A stretch of 64,000 nucleotides of DNA. Source: Mobula hypostoma. Lineage: Eukaryota. The translations under genes were made by a program, and so were the position numbers. The stretch lies in contig NC_086108.1 in the NCBI RefSeq assembly GCF_963921235.1, forward strand, positions 81,842,001 to 81,906,000, given 5' to 3'. Of this stretch, positions 60,801 through 64,000 are shown piece after piece. The number at the start of each line of letters is the position of its first letter. Position 1 is the stretch's first letter. The notes under the pieces were generated by a model, which was not told the DNA's origin, searched no databases, and worked only from the letters and a program-made list of their open reading frames with translations.

Positions 60801-63636
60801 GCCATCTTTAACAAGACCCCTACCACCAAATAAATTTTTTCCCTACCCCCACCTCTGCTTTCCACAGGGATTGATCCCTCCATGATTCCCTTGTCTATTC
60901 ATCAAGCAAGCAGCAGAAGTGCTACACCTGCCCATTCACTTCCTCCCTTACCTCTATTTAAGGCCACAAACAGTCCTTCCAGATGAGGGAACACTTCACT
61001 GCAAATGGTGGCCTCCTACATATTGGTGAGACCCACTTTAGATTGAGGGGACTGTTTTGTCGAACATCTCCACTCCATCCACAAAAAATTTCCTAGTGCC
61101 CAATCATTTTAATTCCTATCCCCATTCCCGTTCTGACATGTCTGCCCATGGTCTCCTCTACTGCTATAATGAGGTCCCTCTTAGGTTGATGGAGCAACAC
61201 GTCATATTCCAAAGGTAGTCTTCAACCTGATGGCATAAATATCTATTTACACAACTTATGGTAATTTTTCCTGCCTATCACCTCCCTCTGGTGCCCCTCC
61301 TTCCCTTTCTCTTATGGTCCACTCTCCTATCAGATTCCCCCTTCTTCACCCTTTTGCCTTTTCCACCTATTACCACCCAGCTTCATATTTCATCTCCTCA
61401 CCACCTCCCCCCCACCCACCTGGTTTCACTTATCACTGTTTATTTATTTCCATAGATGCTGCCTGACTTGCTAAGTTCCTCCAGCATTTTGTGTGTGTTG
61501 CTGTGAACTTCCAGCATCTGCAGAATCTATTGTTTCTTGAAGTTCACTACATTGTGTATCCCTTTTAGATACTTTCAATTCTAAAAGTTAGTTTCTTTGA
61601 GTAAGTCCATATCAGTGCAAGTCTTCACAATATGGTTGAAATATATTTATCAGCATGGTACAGAAGAAACATAATATTGAAGTTCTTATTAGCTCAGTTA
61701 GGAAAGAACCAATCGCCCAGACTTAGAATCCTTGGTTTTCTGGAGAAACTTGCTGCTCAAATCCATCTCTGACCTTATTAAAAGGCCCTGATTGGTGACT
61801 TTTATGGCTCAAAACATGCCATGTTGTAAGAGATCAGAGTGAGTAGGGAACTTGCAAAAAAAAGTTATTGACATCTGTTTAAGTGCATTGAGACAACCTT
61901 TAAGCATTAAGTGATAATCATTGAATTGATTCAGTAAAACTAATTGCACTACTACATACGGTTTTGTCCATTCCAAAATCAATCTTTTATTTGATAGAAC
62001 TCACATTTGAGCCAAAATTCAATTTGTTACCAAGATAGAACAGCAGTGTTGTTTGAACCAACACTTCGATGTAAACTCCAGATAAGGTTTGGCATCGTAA
62101 AAACCTAGGGGAAGCCTTGTAAATGGAGGTCAAACACTATACAAAATATTGCCAAAAATTGTTAACTGTTGCGTTAACCAACGTTTCAATAATAATTGTT
62201 TGTAAAACCAAATCAGTTGGTAGGCATGATAAGTTTGAAGTTGCCCTATTTGGCCCCCCTGACTCCATCAAAGTGATTACCAACAGTCTTGGTAACCTGT
62301 GCACCCTTGTCAAACCCCATGTTAAATCCCTTGGTGTGATATTTGATTCCACCTTTAAGTTTGACAAGAAAGTTAATGCAGTAGTAAAAGCCATTTTACT
62401 ATTGCCAAAATCAAGCAGTTTCTCTCTTTCAAAGATCTTGAGAAAGTCATCCACGCCCTTATATCCTCCCACTTGGACTACTACAATTCCCTATATACTG
62501 GGATTAGTCAGTCGTCCCTGTCCCGTCTGCAACTAGTCCAGAATGCCGCAGCCAGGCTCCTAACAGGTGCCCGGAAGAGGGACCTTATTACTCCTGTCCT
62601 GGCCTCCTTCCACTGGCTGCCAGTATGGTTCAGAATTGATTTTAAGATTCTCCTGTTTGTTTATAAAGCCCTAAATGGGCTGGCCCGCTCTTACATCACA
62701 GACCTTCTAACCCCTTATTCTACTTCCAGGTCCCTCAGGTCGGCTGACTTGGGACTCCTGGCTGTCCCGCGATCTAAACTTAAGCTCAGGGGTGACCATG
62801 CCTTTGCTATTGTAGCTCCCAGACTGTGAACAGCATTCACCTCCCTATCAGATCTGCCTCCTCCATCAACTTTTAAATCCAGGCTCAAATCTTACTTTTA
62901 TTCACTAGCGTTTGAATTCTCCTGATGTGGCTGATTTTTGGCTTGTGCCTAGGCCCTTGTGTTGTTTCTTTTGTGCCTATAAGCTGTTTGCCTTGTTGGT
63001 TATGTCTGTGTTTCTGGTATTTGTAATCTTAGCTATTCTGCTCTGATCTGTACAGCTCTTTGGTCAATGTGGGTTGTTTTTAAATGTGCTATATAAATAA
63101 ATTTGACTTGACTTGTATGAATGTAATGTTTACTTCTGCATTAGCTATGCCTTTTGTTTGTTTTGCCTTGAGATATGTTTGTGGCAAATTAAGTGCTTAG
63201 TCATCTGTTTTAACTGATCAAATTATCATACTATTCATGAGCAATATGTCTTGTTCATACTATTAACCTATGTTGGCTGCGAATAGTAGACAAGATGCAA
63301 AACTACTGCTTCTGTTATGGATGTGGCACTCACAAATTGATGCAAGACCAGTGTCCCCAAAGAAGGTTTTATTTGCTTGTTTTAACAATTAATTGAAACT
63401 TATCAAAGCTATTAAGAAAACTGTGGGTTGCTCATTCTCTCTTGAGCGAGTGTTCAAATTTAGCTCAGTTTCTCAATTTGTGAGTATTTTATATTTCTGT
63501 TTTTCTCAGTCTAATACTCTTTTGTTCCATAGACTAAACTGAAGCATCCTATGTACCAGTCCATGGCAAAGATTGGCATGAAGCTTGCCATCCAGTTCCT
63601 GTTTCAAACCTACTTGAGAACCAAGAAAAAACTAAG
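785..63636 (+). CDS. USP24: Ubiquitin carboxyl-terminal hydrolase 24, internal portion (22 spliced exons, 2928 nt; gene extends beyond both ends of the window)
   Basis: Exons join in frame with AG/GT(GC) boundaries. The translation matches my recollection of vertebrate USP24 from [22 protein letters not shown] to [16 protein letters not shown], including [12 protein letters not shown] (Cys box) and [12 protein letters not shown] (His box). Confidence 0.95.
1123..9726 (-). mobile_element. Full-length but degenerate CR1 LINE (outer copy; segments 1123-3899 and 8269-9726)
   Basis: RT fragments (1510-2987), endonuclease fragments (to 3899), ORF1 remnants ELELDELRI..., VIGDSL (8726-9225); ORF2 start is continuous across the inner insertion. 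Confidence 0.85.
3900..8262 (-). mobile_element. Near-intact full-length CR1 LINE nested in the outer CR1: 5' UTR, ORF1 (Cys finger, coiled coil, SGNH esterase), ORF2 (APE endonuclease plus RT), 3' UTR
   Basis: ORF1 ~7960-7030 with GDS, PGA, GTND, DGLH; ORF2 7020-3988 in one frame with NARS, ITETW, GDF, SDH, GVPQGS, FADD; ttctatgtttcta tail. Confidence 0.93.
10313..10878 (-). mobile_element. 5'-truncated young CR1 LINE
   Basis: Open ORF2 C-terminus ending at 10382; closely similar to 50731-51300. Confidence 0.92.
11041..11272 (+). CDS. USP24: USP24 exon 2 (FLLVGQTMP...[10 protein letters not shown])
   Basis: ttcag acceptor; non-canonical donor CAG|gcaagt; 232 nt. Confidence 0.9.
11828..11990 (+). 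CDS. USP24: USP24 exon 3 ([17 protein letters not shown]...RNRLSSS)
   Basis: ttgcag acceptor, gtgagc donor, 163 nt. Confidence 0.93.
12430..12512. mobile_element. ~80 bp hAT/Buster-type MITE
   Basis: tagggttcccaa...ttggggaaccccta inverted termini; same family as 13932-14010. Confidence 0.75.
13031..13190 (-). mobile_element. Rex/Babar-type LINE 3' tail fragment
   Basis: aatcagaatcaggtttaatatc head shared with 1021 and 17097. Confidence 0.6.
13724..13879 (+). CDS. USP24: USP24 exon 4 ([10 protein letters not shown]...CLQLRSQQL)
   Basis: ctacag acceptor, gtaatg donor, 156 nt. Confidence 0.93.
13932..14010. mobile_element. 79 bp hAT/Buster-type MITE with 8-bp TSD
   Basis: TIRs cagaggttcccaacct / aggttgggaaccccta; flanks tactaagg / tactaaga. 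Confidence 0.85.
14674..14744 (+). CDS. USP24: USP24 exon 5 ([23 protein letters not shown])
   Basis: tttag acceptor, gtaaga donor, 71 nt. Confidence 0.92.
15049..15209 (+). CDS. USP24: USP24 exon 6 ([16 protein letters not shown]...MRGVNQ)
   Basis: tttcag acceptor, gtagtt donor, 161 nt. Confidence 0.93.
15620..16410 (-). mobile_element. Old degraded CR1 LINE 3' fragment
   Basis: 3' UTR and RT-region sequence similar to the 3900-4900 part of the inner CR1; no open frame. Confidence 0.6.
17097..17976 (-). mobile_element. 5'-truncated Rex/Babar LINE
   Basis: YKFTDD near 17960; [18 protein letters not shown]...[13 protein letters not shown] (17580-17786); ataaacctgattctg-type tail. Confidence 0.8.
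18157..18218 (+). CDS. USP24: USP24 exon 7 ([20 protein letters not shown])
   Basis: tttcag acceptor, gtaagt donor, 62 nt. Confidence 0.92.
19789..19980 (+). CDS. USP24: USP24 exon 8 ([17 protein letters not shown]...EKELL)
   Basis: ttaag acceptor, gtaatt donor, 192 nt. Confidence 0.92.
20440..20880 (+). mobile_element. Degraded CR1 LINE 3' fragment
   Basis: [13 protein letters not shown], ttcttcactcagggtggtg, CR1-type 3' UTR. Confidence 0.75.
21010..21312 (+). mobile_element. V-domain tRNA-derived SINE (HE1/V-SINE-like), degraded
   Basis: ttctccccatgactgtgtgggtttcctcttggtgcttcaatttccctccacattccaaag core; taatctt repeat tail. Confidence 0.7.
22536..23311 (-). mobile_element. ~770 bp non-coding interspersed repeat (non-autonomous retroelement-like), copy 1
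   Basis: Collinear with 32567-33320; short repeated tail tttcaatag; no protein motif. Confidence 0.7.
23579..23696 (+). CDS. USP24: USP24 exon 9 ([17 protein letters not shown]...QQDFHP)
   Basis: ttcag acceptor, gtatgt donor, 118 nt. Confidence 0.93.
23836..23980 (+). CDS. USP24: USP24 exon 10 ([17 protein letters not shown]...LTKEFE)
   Basis: ttcag acceptor, gtaagt donor, 145 nt. Confidence 0.93.
24927..26186 (-). mobile_element. 5'-truncated CR1 LINE
   Basis: [24 protein letters not shown] 25047-25613; 8-mer tail catagaaa x3. Confidence 0.92.
26575..26694 (+). CDS. USP24: USP24 exon 11, Cys box (YLPPVDSR...[19 protein letters not shown]); catalytic Cys codon 26641-26643
   Basis: cttag acceptor, gtaatg donor, 120 nt; USP Cys-box motif. 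Confidence 0.95.
28420..28942. mobile_element. Two ~70 bp palindromic Tc1/mariner-type MITEs (28420-28491 and 28876-28942) bracketing a LINE-tail fragment
   Basis: TA|cagtactgtgcaaa...tttgcacagtgctg|TA and TA|cagtactatgcaaaa...ttttgcacagtactg|TA. Confidence 0.7.
29182..29195 (-). promoter_or_regulatory. CTCF-like core motif
   Basis: CCACTAGATGGCAG on minus fits CCASYAGRKGGCRS; motif match only. Confidence 0.4.
29373..29501 (+). CDS. USP24: USP24 exon 12 ([15 protein letters not shown]...PETFWK)
   Basis: ctatag acceptor, gttaga donor, 129 nt. Confidence 0.92.
30781..30879 (+). CDS. USP24: USP24 exon 13 ([21 protein letters not shown]...EHLK)
   Basis: ccacag acceptor, gtaggt donor, 99 nt; QQDA box. 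Confidence 0.94.
30969..31051 (+). CDS. USP24: USP24 exon 14 ([27 protein letters not shown])
   Basis: ccacag acceptor after an 89-nt intron, gtctgt donor, 83 nt; CxxC. Confidence 0.92.
31109..31972 (-). mobile_element. Probable solo LTR
   Basis: ~860 bp non-coding; ends read TATAACGCCC...GGGTTCTAAC on minus (degenerate TG..CA with short inverted ends); AATAAA on minus near 31430; TSD not clear. Confidence 0.5.
32567..33320 (-). mobile_element. ~750 bp non-coding interspersed repeat, copy 2, inserted in the Tc1
   Basis: Collinear with 22536-23311; starts atggcgcc on minus. Confidence 0.7.
33545..33838 (+). mobile_element. tRNA-derived SINE with A-tail and perfect 17-bp TSD
   Basis: A-box-like tggcacaatg, B-box-like ggtttgaacc; TSD aagatgtcttgatacag at 33528-33544 and 33839-33855. 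Confidence 0.88.
36414..38419 (+). mobile_element. 5'-truncated young CR1 LINE inserted in the Buster transposase
   Basis: ORF2 36657-38357 in one frame with a single internal TAG (37782-37784); ttctatgttct tail; host sequence ctgacatg|tctatatac rejoins. Confidence 0.93.
40304..40339 (-). ncRNA. Minimal type I hammerhead ribozyme motif, core-mutated (AAAA for GAAA)
   Basis: Minus strand: agtc CTGACGA a ggat-ctcg-gccc aAAA cGTC aact. Confidence 0.65.
40362..40397 (+). ncRNA. Minimal type I hammerhead ribozyme motif, core-mutated (CUGACAA)
   Basis: agcc CTGACaA a gggt-ctcg-gcct GAAA cGTC gact. Confidence 0.65.
41315..41462 (-). mobile_element. Degraded V-domain SINE
   Basis: atgtgggagaaaatcagagcacctaggggaagtccacatggtcac is the reverse of the V-SINE core at 21110. 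Confidence 0.6.
41625..41766 (+). CDS. USP24: USP24 exon 15 ([12 protein letters not shown]...[10 protein letters not shown])
   Basis: ctgtag acceptor, gtgaga donor, 142 nt; second CxxC. Confidence 0.94.
42430..42910. mobile_element. Degraded RTE-related repeat
   Basis: gggctaagccaggtgag...tagc resembles the reverse of 54540-54565; family call is tentative. Confidence 0.4.
42935..43649 (-). mobile_element. Non-autonomous Tigger/pogo-like DNA element with a ~100 bp CR1 3' stub nested at 43377-43478
   Basis: Acidic [28 protein letters not shown] on minus; end ccaattaacc...ctgta (similar end at ~19113); stub nearly identical to 3900-3998. Confidence 0.6.
44357..44476 (+). CDS. USP24: USP24 exon 16 ([23 protein letters not shown]...DEQIR)
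   Basis: ttccag acceptor, gtaaat donor, 120 nt. Confidence 0.94.
44770..45055 (+). mobile_element. Penelope-like 3' end / pseudo-LTR fragment with decayed hammerhead motif
   Basis: Pyrimidine-rich tract, then tgaagggtctcaacccaaaacatt...agatgctgcctgacc. Confidence 0.65.
45282..45502 (+). CDS. USP24: USP24 exon 17, His box ([11 protein letters not shown]...[17 protein letters not shown]); catalytic His codon 45474-45476
   Basis: cctag acceptor, gtgggt donor, 221 nt. Confidence 0.95.
45674..45798 (+). CDS. USP24: USP24 exon 18 ([18 protein letters not shown]...KVYDQ)
   Basis: ccacag acceptor, gtgagt donor, 125 nt; WYKFND motif. Confidence 0.94.
47381..47394 (+). promoter_or_regulatory. CTCF-like core motif
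   Basis: CCACCAGATGGCAG fits CCASYAGRKGGCRS; motif match only. Confidence 0.4.
47480..50067 (+). mobile_element. Rex/Babar LINE, internally deleted and interrupted (~47940-48720) by CR1 and Tc1 fragments
   Basis: CYTETWL endonuclease (47781-47930), [42 protein letters not shown]; aataaagttttatct tail. Confidence 0.82.
50419..50560 (+). CDS. USP24: USP24 exon 19 ([20 protein letters not shown]...EAEDLS)
   Basis: tcgtag acceptor, gtaagt donor, 142 nt; AYMLFY end-of-domain motif. Confidence 0.94.
50729..52510 (-). mobile_element. 5'-truncated young CR1 LINE
   Basis: 398-aa open RT/C-terminal frame 50805-52001; one frameshift near 52000; aaccata(a/g) tail repeats. Confidence 0.94.
52776..52926 (+). 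CDS. USP24: USP24 exon 20 ([16 protein letters not shown]...LPARIYQ)
   Basis: ggtag acceptor, gtaaga donor, 151 nt. Confidence 0.93.
53330..53680 (+). mobile_element. Old CR1 3' fragment
   Basis: Degenerate agaagggagatg..., tttcactcagatag..., tggaac pattern of CR1 ORF2 C-terminus. Confidence 0.5.
54174..54745 (-). mobile_element. 572 bp non-autonomous RTE-type element with 10-bp TSD
   Basis: TSD ttccctaaat at 54164-54173 and 54746-54755; ttggatttaagtgagggag block recalled from RTE 3' ends; hairpin ctcgacacca...tggtgtcgag. Confidence 0.7.
55030..56408 (-). mobile_element. Non-autonomous Tigger/pogo-type DNA transposon (1379 bp)
   Basis: TA|caggtttcccccgc ... gcgggggacacctg|TA; remnant [23 protein letters not shown] on minus near 55985-56070. 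Confidence 0.88.
56560..57805 (-). mobile_element. 5'-truncated degenerate Rex/Babar LINE
   Basis: [44 protein letters not shown]. Confidence 0.82.
58374..58442 (+). mobile_element. Penelope pseudo-LTR fragment with decayed hammerhead motif
   Basis: aTGATGA a gggtctcggccc aAAA tatc aactg...agatgctgcctgacttgctg. Confidence 0.7.
58754..58849 (+). CDS. USP24: USP24 exon 21 ([16 protein letters not shown]...LISLNA)
   Basis: gatag acceptor, gtaagt donor, 96 nt. Confidence 0.93.
59100..61535 (+). mobile_element. Degenerate Penelope-like retroelement (RT plus GIY-YIG) interrupted by CR1 (59518-59868, minus) and Rex/Babar (~59945-60485, plus) fragments
   Basis: FTMDVQS (59174), GVATG (59350), YIDD (59437-59448), YIDYTSSHP (~60496), KCYTCP (~60917), LHIGET (~61016), pseudo-LTR 61446-61535. 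Confidence 0.8.
62225..63114 (+). mobile_element. 5'-truncated L2 LINE
   Basis: [17 protein letters not shown]...[12 protein letters not shown]...HWLPV...FKILL; tail aataaatttgacttgacttg. Confidence 0.9.
63533..63636 (+). CDS. USP24: USP24 exon 22 ([13 protein letters not shown]...RTKKKL)
   Basis: ccatag acceptor, gtatga donor, 104 nt. Confidence 0.92.
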
Positions 63637-64000
63637 GTATGAAATTAAGAGATAAGTTTGTTTTCTTATCTCGCCTAACATTCATGCGCAAGCAGGATCA
63701 TCATTCGGTGAGCAGAAATACTTTTCCTTCCACCTTCTTTACCACAGGGTTTCTTACTATTCTACAGTGTTGTCTGCTGTGCTTAACTGGAGTTTGAATA
63801 CAAATACTATTGATATGTAGGAATCAGTGGCAAACTATTTGTCATAAGGGAACTTGATTTTTTTTTGTTTTATTTTCTGTTCGGTATTGACATGAAACCT
63901 AAAGTCAAATGTGAAACAAACAAAGTTGTAAAAAACAAATTGCTGTAACAACTCAGTGGGTCACCCATTATCTGCAGAGGCAGAGGGGTTGGCTTTTCAA

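Noticed and set aside
1..64000. CRISPR array, prokaryotic operon, endogenous virus ORFs or intronic snoRNA
   Set aside because: No regularly spaced repeat-spacer array, operon structure or viral motifs seen; no convincing C/D or H/ACA snoRNA by eye (an Infernal/Rfam scan would be needed to exclude one).

Overview
Vertebrate genomic DNA, most likely a cartilaginous fish (ray/shark-type repeat landscape; this is inferred, not proven). The whole window lies inside one plus-strand gene, the deubiquitinase USP24. I traced 22 internal coding exons (785-63636, 2928 nt, 976 codons). They join in frame and cover the complete USP catalytic domain (Cys box, zinc-finger Cys pairs, His box); the gene start and end lie outside the window. 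One intron is GC-AG. The introns are packed with often nested transposable elements: CR1 LINEs (one nearly intact, with an SGNH-esterase ORF1), Rex/Babar and L2 LINEs, Penelope-like elements, RTE-type, tRNA-derived and V-type SINEs, Tc1, Tigger and Buster/hAT DNA transposons with MITEs, and a probable solo LTR. The most unusual structure is a ~215 bp Penelope-derived hairpin at 40243-40458 carrying two mirror-image minimal hammerhead-ribozyme motifs, each with one core mutation. I found no convincing wholly new biological system. Family assignments come from motif recognition without database searches, and TE boundaries are approximate unless a TSD or TIR is quoted.
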